Part shown: piece by piece, positions 40,001 to 52,051 of the stretch | How positions within the stretch are numbered: position 1 is the first letter of the stretch | Layout of the letters: every line of letters starts with the position of its first letter | DNA from: Chrysomallon squamiferum | Taxonomy: Eukaryota; Animalia; Mollusca | Assembly (NCBI GenBank): GCA_012295275.1 | Contig: CM022667.1 | Span: 18,228,001 to 18,292,000, forward strand | Reading direction: 5' to 3' | Length of the DNA: 64,000 nt | Notes under the pieces: generated by a model | Seen by the model: only the letters and a program-made list of their open reading frames with translations | Told to the model about the DNA's origin: nothing | The model's database searches: none | Position numbers and translations under genes: made by a program

Positions 40001-43000
40001 ATATTTATCATCTAGTTCATAATTTACATATGTAAAGCAGAACTAATTTCTGAAAATGAATTTGGTTTTATTTTGAAATGAATGATATCCTATCATTTTC
40101 CTTGTCCAAGCAAAATATTAAATCAAACAATTTCATAACAGTAGATATATATGTATTATACACATACATATTTTTATTTCACACCTTTAATAAATTTACA
40201 CTTTCTGAATTCCTTTGTTCTTAAATGTTCTAACTCAAGTTACTCAAGGCAAAATATTCATAAAAACATACAAAGAAATAAAGAGTACATGTATAATACC
40301 TTTGGATGTAAAATCTGGATTCTGAATCCTGTAATACTTTCTTCTCCTGAAAATGTTTCCCACTGCACAGGAACTTTCTTATCTTAAAAAAGAAATAAAG
40401 AAACCTTTACATCAGAATCTTTTTCAGATATGTGATTTGATCTATATATTCCTAAAAAAAAAAGTTTGTACTTTCTCTAGTCTGCTTATGAGGTGCATGC
40501 ATCATCATTGCTATAATTTCAAAGAATTTATCCAAGTCTTAAAATTACTAGAATTTGAATTCTTTAATGTATAAAATCTTCCATACCTGAAGATGGCTCA
40601 GTTGGGGGTTCATAGGAACTAATTAAATTATCTGTGTTTGTAATGACCAGTTTATCCCCAAGACCAGGATTCAAAATGAACACAGAATGTTCCCTGAAAG
40701 GTAAAACACATTAAAATTGTACAGTCAATGTGATTTCACCCACTTACAAACGTACAGAAACAAACAAAAAATTATTTATAAGACATTTTAAGTCTCTTAG
40801 GTAGGGAGTAATTAATGTTAATAAACTGTCACAAAATAAAATTATCATATTCATTTCCTCAGACAAATAAAAGGACAGTAAGAGTTTGATATACTCACAC
40901 CACTGCTGCTAGAAGACAAACTGAAGGTGATGGATTCCACACTAAACTCTTCACCTTCCCTTTCATGTGAATTGTTTTCATGCACCGCCCAGTAGCCACT
41001 TCCCAAAGTCGAACAGTTTGGTCATCAGAACCTGTTTATAAAAAATAATGTGAAAACTGGTAACAAATTATCAGCCACTAATACTTCCATAACATTGAAG
41101 TTAATGAACTTATTCCTTTCCACTGAGAACATATACCATGTTAGAATTATAAAGAGTGAAAGAAACAAATTTAATATTAAACAATAAAGAAAACAATAAA
41201 GCAAATGAATGAGCTACAAAGACAAAGTGTTAAACACAAACCTGAGGCCAACCACTGGCCAGTTTGTTCTACACTAATACACCGCACCATGTCTGTATGA
41301 CCTTTATATACCTGAAACATATTAAATATAAATTTCATTAAATTATATTATCTGGAAACAGGTATGTTAATGAACATATATAAATATATAGTTTTAATCC
41401 AGTAATCATTATAATGCAAATAAAGTATTTTTAATAAAAATTCATTCCAAGAAAATCTAATTTTTCATCAGTGTTAATCTTACCAAAGACAGTACTGTAG
41501 GGAATGGCTGAAGGTCTTTTGGCTTGGGAAGCTTTGGGATTAAATCTTCTGGGTTGACATTCATCTAAAAAAACAAACAAACAAAAAACAACAATTTATG
41601 TATAGCAGGCTCAACATAATTCGACATGCATTTGAACAGTTATTTATTCTTTTAATGTTATTTGCTAATATTAAATAATAATGATAAAAATAACAAGCTT
41701 CTAAAAATAATTGTCAGTGTACATTTTCTGGGCTGTCATTTCAAACTGTTTAACACAATTTCTATTAAGATTAAAGATAAAGAAAGCAAGATGATTTTTT
41801 ATGATATTTATGTGATGAAGATATTAAAAAATGTGAACTTTTATTTTAATAATATTATATTTTTAACGTTTATTTAGCATAGTGTCTCAAATATGTTTAC
41901 TCACTCTCATCTTCCTCTGTCGTGGACACAAGTAAAGATCAAGACATCTCTCAAATCTTTCATTCACAAATTTAGGATAAGCTGGCACCAGACGCAGAGA
42001 AGTGTATTTCTTTGGAATAAAATTTCTTCTCCTGTCTTCAGGATCAGTGTCCCACCATTTCTCCTCCTACAAAATAAAAAAATAAAAAAAAAAATAAGCT
42101 ATTTAATATTTCCTTTTGTCCGACTTCTTAATTCATTTAATTAACAATGTGTCATTAAGTAAGTATTTTTAAACTGGAATGTACAGCATTCAGTTTTTCA
42201 CCGATTTCTAATGATAATATAAACTGCATCTATTTAATAACAGAGCAGTCTTTTTTTATGCTAGTTTATATGTATTAATTTATTCATGTTTTCTGTTCAC
42301 AGTTGTTACTATCCTAATATTTCATTGTTTAACAAAAGAAAATATCCAGTCACCTTTTTAAAATGTTTAAAAAAAAAAGGTACAAAAGAAATGTCAACTG
42401 ATTCTTTCTTTTAATTACTATATAATTATATTTCAATTTGGTCACCATCATCACTTAATTTCGATGTTTGATTTCCATTTACAAACATTTATCATAAATA
42501 CCAATTTTATAAATAATTCAGAAAACAAACTCACCTCTTCTTCAGTCAGTAAATATTCTGGAGGAGGATTATATGATTCATCATGTCCAGGTAGTGGCAA
42601 TTTCGGAGCAGGTATGTTCTGTCTGTATCGACGAGTTATCTCAGACTAAAGATATGATATTTGATAAAAAGAGAACGTCAAAGTATAATTCCATTTATCT
42701 ATTCAATGTAACACATTTATAGAAATAATATTTTTAAAAAAAGATTTTTTTTTTTTACCTCATTATCATCTTTCCATAAATCATAGTATTTTATCTCTTC
42801 ATCTGCCTCCTCCTCTTCCTCTCCTTCCTTCTTTTCTTTTGGAGGTTTCATCCATCCCATCTTTAAAGCATGCACCATCTGACCAACCTGAAAAATGCAT
42901 TAATTAAGTATGATCCAAAAAACAGTACATATTCCTCCATAACATTATAAGTTTTATCTGTAAAATAAAAGGTTAAGTTGCATGTTGAATGTAAAAGAAA

Positions 43001-45600
43001 GATAACTTTATAAACGATTGTTATATATCAAGTGTTTCTAATACTGTTTTTACAAAAAACCTTAAATGTTTTGTGAGTAAAATATAAATGCATATAGTAA
43101 TGTTGTTTAATGTTAAAAAAAAAGAAAAGAAGATAATTTTTAATAAATGCTTGGAAGTTATTATTTCAGAACCTCATTTACTATTAATAATGGATTTTGA
43201 AATATATGAAAAATAATATTCAGTCTTTATTTATTTATAAGAGTAGTACTTATAACGATGTGTAATTATCAAGTGCTTTGCACTTAACAAAGAAATTATA
43301 ACCTGGCTTGCCTCTGTTTGATATATGTTAATCCAGTTAACCATTACACTATTATAAATAGTTTGGTTAACTTTGCATCTAAATTATTGTTATAAATTTG
43401 TATTCAGTTTATGCTACTTAGATATTCTAGGGTTATTTAATGAATTAGAAAAGTTTACACGAACTTTCAGTCTTTCCCATTTTGATGGGATAAAACTTCT
43501 TTTATCTTCAGGTCTGTTTGTCACAGGATGTAACATTGTCTCATAAGTAAAGAAGTCAACCCATGGCTGAAAAAAGAAAAAGAATAAAAAAAAGATTCAT
43601 TTATATTATACATGAATACATAACTCCATGAGGGAATCCAAAAGACATTTAAAAATGTTATGATAAATGAAAATGCAAAGAGCTGTTTCAATCTGATTAT
43701 AAAATTTTCTTACTTCATACATGCTTTCAGAACCCATAGGATGTTTTCCTTTCTGTACATTTTTAATCATCTTCACATCTGAGGCACTAAGCAATACTTT
43801 CTGGCCAGTCATCTTGTTAGTTACTGTTCTCCTGTGGAAAGAAAAATTATGAACTAATCTACTATTCCAATAAAACTAAACAAACCCTGAAGTAAGAAGG
43901 ATTAAAGAAACTGTTTATAATATATGAATGCTTTTAATATAAAGACATAACTTACAATTCTAAAGACTGAATTGAAACAAAAGTAAAACTATTGAAAGAT
44001 GCTTTTTTTGAAGCAACTAAAAATTGTGAAAATTCACCAGTAATTGGGATCATCAACTTTCTTGAGAAAGTCATCCAGCTCGTCACCTTTGGGAGGTTTA
44101 ATCAGTTTTCTGCCCTCAATATCATAACCAATGTGAGCAAAATCTCGATACCATTCTAGTGGAATATTGCCAATAGTATTTCGAATATCCTAAAAAATAA
44201 CAATTATTAAGTTAGTGGGGTTTTTTAATAAAAAAAAAAATGTTATGTTTATTATAGACATCTGAATTATTACTTTATTATATTAAAATGTAATCATAAG
44301 CAGCTACCTCTTCATCAGAGGAATCATATTCATATTCATCTTGTTTTTCATCACGTGAATCAGCCTCATTCTTTATGTTAATGTTGGTATTCAATGTCTT
44401 TTTTTGAAAGTCCACTCTAGACTGGGTCTCCTTACGATTTGGTGATTGGGATCTGTCTTCAGATTCTTCATTATTTAAGTCAGAATCTGTTGGCATATCT
44501 GAATCCTAAAAGCAAGGAAAATGTTTTTAATAATTCATTAAAATTATTACAAGTTGCAAGCTGTGCAATTATTTAAGGTATAATAAAAGAATAAAAATAA
44601 ATGTGAACTTGTTAATTCTTATACAAGAATTGTTTGTGATTTTGGGATGTTTTTTTTTTTTGTTAAACTGAATAAAGGTGTTTTTAGTTAATTCTCACAT
44701 GTAACTTATATACAGCTTTGTTAAATTTGATATTACTAGTATCTATTTTCCATTAAAAGCAAGATATTACTTTGTAATTTAATTAAAAAGATGTTAGGTA
44801 TCAGTTGGAAGACCACTATACTTATGTCAATACCTAATTAGTAGATATATCCTTATTTTCAATATTAAATTTTTGGTTTTTTGAAGAAAACATTGCAAAC
44901 ACACCTCAAATTCAAAAAAAAATAAATAAATAAATAAATAAATAAATAAATATCAACTAACTGCTTAAAAGTCAGAATTTCTAACGACATCAGATTAGTT
45001 TGTTTTCTTACCTCATCATTTGTATCAATATCAGGCTCTTCTTCCAACCCAGAGTAATCGCTTTCAGTAGAATCACTAGAATCAGATATATTATCATCAG
45101 TAGATTCATCAGAATTATGAGCTTTTTCAACGAATAATGAAACCTGGAAAGAAGAAAAGTGTGTGGAAATGGAATATCACGAAAAACAAACAAAAAACAC
45201 CACCATCTACAATTAAAAATTCTTGTTTACTTAGCCAGAATAATTTAACATGATACCGACTTTTACTTTGTTGGTTTGTTCCTCTATTTTGTTTTGTATT
45301 TGTATGTCCTTTTTTTTTTCCTTTTTTTTTCTTCAAATATCTATAACTTTAAATTGAGCATTCATTATGGCATTATGCATATAACTTATACACAATACGA
45401 AATTAGGATTACATTGGAAATATAATATATTGTGAACCATTATTAACATAAAAAGAAAATGACATAAAAAAAAAAAAAAAAAATAACAAAAACAAAGGTT
45501 ATGTTTTAATGTACTACTTGCTTTAAAAGCTAAATAAAAATATACTCACACTATCGTTATCAATATTAGATTTGTCAAGTTTTCTTTTAACAGTGGACAT
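37077..45600 (-). CDS. BOP1: Ribosome biogenesis protein BOP1/Erb1 (BOP1NT + WD40), 20 exons, ~754 aa
   Basis: Minus-strand exons: 45550-45600, 45012-45143, 44308-44505, 44038-44189, 43714-43831, 43465-43566, 42759-42887, 42535-42645, 41905-42066, 41484-41564, 41242-41311, 40899-41031, 40587-40693, 40300-40382, 39587-39697, 39361-39435, 38939-39041, 37948-38032, 37508-37615, 37077-37230 (2265 nt). Signature peptides [84 protein letters not shown]. Confidence 0.96.
38134..38834 (-). mobile_element. Tigger/pogo-family MITE in BOP1 intron 17
   Basis: TA flanks on both sides; TIRs cagtggtaccttgacttac / gtaagtcaaggtaccattg. Carries a decayed CENP-B-type HTH start at ~38430-38636 (-): [63 protein letters not shown]. 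Confidence 0.88.
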
Positions 45601-47024
45601 CTTGACGACTTGAATTTCAAGTTGAATATGAACCACGTGCGTAGATGTTAACAAACAATATGTCGATTAAAGTAATCTATACAGTTATTAAACAATATCT
45701 ATAGCTGATGTTGTGTTCCGAGAGATGCACAATAACATATATGTTTTGTTTTTTTTCCTTTAAATTTTAATACATGAATACACTTTCTCGACTTCTGCAA
45801 TCGAGCTTTCCAGTATGAAATATAAATTCGTTTGGTTGTGTTCAATCGTGGCAAAACCAAAACCGGTTAACAATTTAACACTACTATAACTTTTATAAGG
45901 CTGTGAATCACTTTCTACTCACAAGAAACAGCCGGTATTGGGGACGAAACACTGGGTAATAAATATTTAAAACATTTGTTTTAATTAATGTATACTGACT
46001 GTATACTTTGATGTCAAATGGTTTTATTATTATTATTATTATTTTTAGTTTTAGTTTTATTACAACATATTTTATATATATATTTTCTATAACTGAAACC
46101 TTTGGATTTTCAATTAACATACCGTGGTACCTCGAGTTACGAGTGCTCCAACTTACGAGTTTTTCGAGTTACGATCAGGCGATCTGTCAGTTTTTTGCTT
46201 TGAGCTGCGAACCAGAATCCGAGTTAACAGCGAGCTTCGGATACGCCTCCGCTGGTGGCGTATCGAACAATACAACATTTGCCCAGCATCTCGCGTCTTA
46301 CTCGATTGTTTCACGTGGTTATCTCGCCGTGGAAGCATCTCTGTTGTGTTGTGCTCGCGGTTTGTGCAGTATTTTGCCAAATTTACGTTGATCCTAAGAA
46401 AATGAGTGCAAAGGACAGTACTGAGAGGAAACGGATGATGAAAGCATGAAATCATAGAAAAAAATAACCTGTGAACCATGAAAAGATGGAGAAACCCTAA
46501 CCCTGTACACTTTACAAAACCAATTTAGTTCTTTACACTATCTTTTATTATTTTTTTTTTTTTTTATACATATTTGTCATTTATACATACATTTTTATTT
46601 AAAAACACGTTACAAAAAATTGGGGTGGTTTTTGGGGGGCTGAAACGGATTAATGGTATTTCAATTAATTTCTTTGGTTAAAACTGGTTTGATATACGAG
46701 CTCGGTAAACTCGAATTAAACTCGTGAGACGAGGTACCACTGTGTTTAATGAATTTTGCTTGGAATGTTTTATTACAGTTATGTTTATGCATCATTATTA
46801 TGCATTATCATGTTTTGAAAATTGTCAGACTTGTAAATCAGTTTAAAATGAATGCTTGTCTCAACAATTTTATTCTCTAAACATATTTCTGATTACAAAA
46901 AAAACGGATCCAAGACGTAAAATATTTTCCATCAAATGACCTTTCTAATAATCGAAATGAGCGCCCTCTCTCGGAAAATACACGAGAGTTCACCAGCTTG
47001 ACAAATACATCAGTTTATTGTGAA
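45601..47024. promoter_or_regulatory. Bidirectional promoter region of BOP1 and CDYL (1.4 kb ATG to ATG)
   Basis: Head-to-head start codons at 45600 (-) and 47025 (+); CpGs are retained. Confidence 0.7.
46122..46742 (+). mobile_element. Second Tigger/pogo MITE of the same family, inside the BOP1-CDYL promoter interval
   Basis: ta|ccgtggtacctcgagttacgag ... ctcgtgagacgaggtaccactg|tg. Shares gatcctaagaaaatgagtgcaaagg and atggagaaaccctaaccctgtacacttta with the reverse complement of 38134-38834. Confidence 0.85.
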
Positions 47025-47479
47025 ATGGCGGAGGAAAATGTATACGAGGTAAACATTTCATTTTTATCTGTGTTTGTGGAAGCTGCTGATCGTAAAAGAA
47101 ATAGTAATAAAAATTTAAAACATATATATCCTGCCGCGTCTTTAATTTTGTTAATTTTGTCTCTTTATAGCGAACACTCACACTTTGAGTTCTGCCGCGC
47201 TGTTTTCTGCTTTGCGTTCAATGTCAGTAAAGCTAAATTTAAAAAATATATATTGTATATTCGTATACTGTCGTAAATGTTTGTAGCTTATATTGTATTT
47301 AAATATATTTTCAATAAAAACTAATTTAAATATACTCAATACTGAGAAAAAACATGGGGAAATAAAAGTGAAAAGTAAGTGATAATATAAATATTAATAC
47401 ATTAAAATGATTAATACTCAGTATTATAATGAGTTGATTATACTGTTACTATTTTGGTATTATATATAATTATCTTTTA

Positions 47480-47531
<52 letters not shown>

Positions 47532-50500
47532 GAGTTCTGATAGAATGTATGCTTTGTTGTTAACAATTCTTAACAAAATTAACATTAAAAATATTAATAT
47601 TATATAATTCTTTAAAAATCAACGCCAAAGTTATATTTTTATTAATTACTATTATTTAAAAGAAACAGAAACGTTGAAAACAGAAAGAAAATTTGTGTTG
47701 GAGAAACAAAATTGCACAAATTAGGGTAAACGAGGTAAGATTTATTTTTATGTATTTGCATATTCAAAATGGTTTATAAAAGGAGACTAAAAAAGATAAT
47801 ACTAATAATAATACATGACATGAGCCATTGGTGACATGAACAAATGTAGTGAGTATATTTTACCATAGATTTTGTTAATTCTAAAAGAACGATTTCTGGT
47901 TTTAAAAATTATGAAAATAAAATAATTATTTAATTTGAAATATTATTATTATTATTTTTAAGGATTTTTTAATATTTTTTTATATTTCCAATAGCAAAAT
48001 TATTTCGATAGAATGTATTTTTGTTTTGAATTCAAAAGTTAACAATTAATAGCAAATTTTCAAAATTTGTGAATATACCATCAAAAGTACCAGTTAATAT
48101 TATATAAGAAAATTTACTTTATTTAATTTTATATTTTAAAAAAAATATTTTTTCTTCAGTTTGCTAAAGAAATAAACAAAGTTTTATAACCTTCAAGTAT
48201 TACAAATGAAATGCATTTAATTGTTGTAAGTTAACCTACATTGTATTTTGTAATTGTGTCAAATGGAGATTTAGCTTAAAAATCTAAAAACAAATAAAAT
48301 TTATGAAACTTGCCTTATAAGGCAATTTAGAAATTTTTGGAAACTATTATTATTATAAATATTTCCTTTAATTTAATATGTGCCTGACTATTATTTTGTG
48401 TATGTAAACAAAATACTCTGGGTCATAATTATTATAAACTATGACAACATTGATATTTATAGAATTAATACAGATTAAATGCAATATGTAAATATTTCTA
48501 TGCATTGAATGATTGATGTTGAGAGAAAATACTTGGATAGAAAAACCCCAGGTAATGATAATGTAAGTGTTACAACAGAAGTAATAATTTTTAATGTTTT
48601 GCAGGTAAAGCACATCTTAGGTAAAAGGAATATCAATGGTTATGTTGAATATTTGATAAAATGGAAAGGATTCACTTCAAAGTGGAATACTTGGGAACCC
48701 ATTTGTAACCTTTCCACTTGCAAAAGTCTAATCTGCAAATTTGAAAAAAATAGAAAAAAAGAGGAAAATGCTGAAAAAAATATAGTGAGGAAATATGCAA
48801 AACAATTAGTGAAAAAGAGTTTGATTACGCAGGACAGGGAGAACAACAACAAAGAGGATGGTGAAGGACCTCTTAGAAAATGCAACACTTGTCCAGAAAA
48901 TGCTTCAAAAAAATCTAGTCTAAAAAATAATGGCATCGCTTCTAAAAAAAAAAAGAATGACATGAAACAAATATCAAAAGCAAAACATTTTCTAACTAAA
49001 AATAAAAACTCATTAAACTGGCAGAACTTGTCAGTGATTTTGAAACATAACCTTGACAGAAGATTAGTCAAGCAAGTAAAGGCAAGGACTGTAAAACCCC
49101 AAAAGTTACCTCAAAAAGATAAACAGACTGTGCAAATCAAATATGCTAAAATACAGTCAGGAAAGGTTATTGTTTCAGATGTTTCTGCCAGACAGAAAAC
49201 AAATGTTGAGAATAATATTTTACTTTCTTCAGCAACTAAAAAAGCAGTAAGTGGAACTAAAATGACAAATACCTTAAAAGAAAAGAAAAGGAAATTTGGT
49301 CAGATGAAAGATTTTGCATGTTCCGGTGATAATGATGATGACATTTTATATTCTGTTAATGATGATGCAGACATTGATAAAAATATGAAATATGGCAAGA
49401 AAAAAAATATTTGCAAACGTTCAGAATCTGAAATGCCTAAAAGAAAACTCACTGAGAAGCTGAAAAAACAAATATTTAATGTTGATGATAAACAGGGAAA
49501 AATCAAATTACAGACATGGTTATCTCATGAAGACAATAATGCTGTAGATAAAAAGCCACAAAAACATTTAATTTGTGAGGATGAAACCAATGCAGATAAT
49601 GCTGCTGATCACGGTATTTTCCAATTCTTTTGATTAGTTTACAATATAAATCCTTTGATTATGTGGTACATTTTAGATTTAAGTCTGTAGATGTTTTAAG
49701 GCTACTCATAAATATATATTAGAGTTTCCTACATTTCATTGTGGAAATAAAAGGATGTTTGTGTTATATAGTTATGCCCATGGCTAATATTTATTCTAAA
49801 TAATATTCTTCTGATTGGTTAAATGCTGAATATTGTTTTGTTTTTCAAGCATAATTATTATATCTGTATTTTTCTGTTTATAAAGAATGTATAAAATCAG
49901 TTGTGATTAATTGCAGTAAAATATTTATTGTAACAATATAACTAGTCATCACAATACTTACATTTTGACTCTGAATGAATTATTTTTTATCAGTTTATTA
50001 TTATTATTATTATTATTATTGTTATTTTATTCTTCAGGTTCAGAACTAGTAGCTCCTCTGTCATTGTACACTTCTATGAAGTCTTGCAGTTCAATGCAAA
50101 CTCATCCATCTCTTGGATCTTCCAAAATGGATGCATATTTTGGAGATATGACATCATTTCAGATAAGGTCACCAGAGATTCCTGTCAGTCCAACAACATC
50201 AAGCACACAAAAAATGTTGCTGGACAGATTCCAACATCAGTTACTTTTAAAACCTAAAAACAAGAAATATGTGGAGAGTGAAACAGAAACTGTTGAAAGG
50301 AGAGTAAGTGTAAGGACAACTGAATGTGCTTTTCGCTACAAACAGATTGTAGTTAAGAAGTGTCAGGGATATACACAGATTTGGCTTAAAACTCTAACTA
50401 GTCAGAAAAATGCTATCAATCCACAGGTAAGCATGACATTAACATCACACATTTGGATAGGAGATAGTTGTTAGCATAGCATATTGAAGGTTAGGAAGAG

Positions 50501-52051
50501 AAAGCATAATAATTACAAAATATCTTCTTTTAGCTTTTACTATTTTGAAAACCTTGTCTTTAAAAAAATAACATTTGTACAGACAAAGCTATAATATTTG
50601 CTTTCCAATCTGTCATGTGCAAGACAAAAAACTGAATTGTTGCAGGTTGTGCAGGAGATTGTATCAGCTCTCAACTCTGCTAAGTATGATGACAGCAAAT
50701 TGGTTATGTTCAGCAGTATTGGTAATGTCTTTTGTTCTGGAGTTGATCTCAACTTCCTCATCTCATCAGATAGCAGCATTTCTTCAAGACAAATGGCAGA
50801 TGCTGTAAGGTAAATAATTCAGTTTAATTAAAAAATTGAAAATTGTTTATTTTGAAATGTGTACAGAATTGAAGATTAAAGATTATCATAACTCATAACC
50901 AGGAATTATCAAAATACTTACATATGTGAAAATAACTTTTCATTAATATTTATTTATGTAGCTCTTTTGAAAACTATGTTGTGACTGTAGCAAATATGTA
51001 ACACAAGAGTTCTGAATTAATTGCACTATTACTAAGAATTATAGGTACATTTTTTTAGATGAATATATTTAAGTAAGCGAAAAGAAACTGATAAATCATA
51101 ATTTTATTTATGTATATGATAAACTGATTCGAATTTCAGGGATTTAACTAAGACATTCATAACATTTCCGAAACCAGTAGTTGCTGCAGTGACTGGTGCT
51201 GCAGTAGGACTTGGGATGGCTCTTCTGCCATTGTGTGACATAGTTTATGCCAGTGATAAAGCTCTTTTCTTTTTGCCATACACCCAGCTATGTCAGACTC
51301 CAGAAGGCTGTATTTCTTACACACTGCCACAAGCTGTTGGACCAGCCATGGTAATTATTTTAAAACTTTATAAATTATTCTTCTACGATTCAAAAATATT
51401 AATTAACAAAATTATTCAATTAAAAAATGAATTGTATTTCTCATGCTTTGTGTAGATGCAAATTAATTGCTACTTTTCATACACATATTAATATACTTTT
51501 TTTCCTATTCCCTTTGTATATAGAGCAGTGACCTTTTGTTTGCGGGTCGGAAAATAACAGCACAGGAAGCCCATGAACTTGGACTTGTTTCTCAAGTATT
51601 CTGGCCAACCAGTCTCATGCAGGAAGTCATTCCTCGAGTGGAATGTATAGCTATGCACTCAGCGACAGTAAATCTTTATATTGATTGCTCTACACTTTAA
51701 ACAGTGACATTTCAACAGAGTTGATGAGGATACAGAATTCAAACATTTTCATTTTATTAACAAACCCAAATGATTATATCTAATGGATAGCCTGGGTTTA
51801 AAAGAAAGGCATCAGTAAATATTCTACTGTTTACATAACACTCTAATCTTTATTTATTACTATTTATTTGTTTTTGTTTTTTAAATTAGGCCATGGAAGC
51901 CACTAAACTACTTATTCGGAGTCATCACCGGACCAAACTTGAGCTGACCAATGAGACAGAGTGCAACATGCTGATGGAACGCTGGGCTAATGGAGAATGT
52001 CGGAAAGCTGTGAACACTTACCTCAGTGATGATAGAAATATTCTTCTTTGA
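47025..52051 (+). CDS. CDYL: Chromodomain Y-like protein (chromodomain + crotonase/enoyl-CoA hydratase fold), 7 exons, ~700 aa
   Basis: Exons 47025-47048, 48605-49613, 50038-50426, 50646-50809, 51140-51350, 51524-51667, 51890-52051 (2103 nt). MAEENVYE|VKHILGKR..EYLIKWKGFTSKWNTWEP chromodomain with intact Y/W/F cage; RRVSVRTTECAFRYKQIVVKK, GNVFCSGVDL, LPLCDIVYASDKA, QTPEGC, GLVSQVFWP. Confidence 0.94.
47480..47523. repeat. (AAT)n microsatellite in CDYL intron 1
   Basis: About 14 perfect units. Confidence 0.95.

Noticed and set aside
40405-40515. Possible C/D-box snoRNA in a BOP1 intron (ATGATGA..CTGA on the minus strand)
   Set aside because: Contains a poly-T run, has only a 3-bp terminal stem and no recognisable rRNA guide; expected by chance.
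43257-43380. Possible H/ACA snoRNA in a BOP1 intron (AGTTAACCA/TGGTTAACT and AAGTGC/GCACTT stems, terminal ACA)
   Set aside because: The second hairpin does not span hinge to ACA and no pseudouridylation pockets are evident; not supportable without a covariance search.
46008-46479. Cluster of four overlapping ORFs in the BOP1-CDYL interval
   Set aside because: Arise from the GC-rich MITE; only the [10 protein letters not shown] tail is a transposase remnant.
46493-46504. Telomere-like ccctaaccct
   Set aside because: Under two units and part of the MITE consensus (also at 38389-38400).
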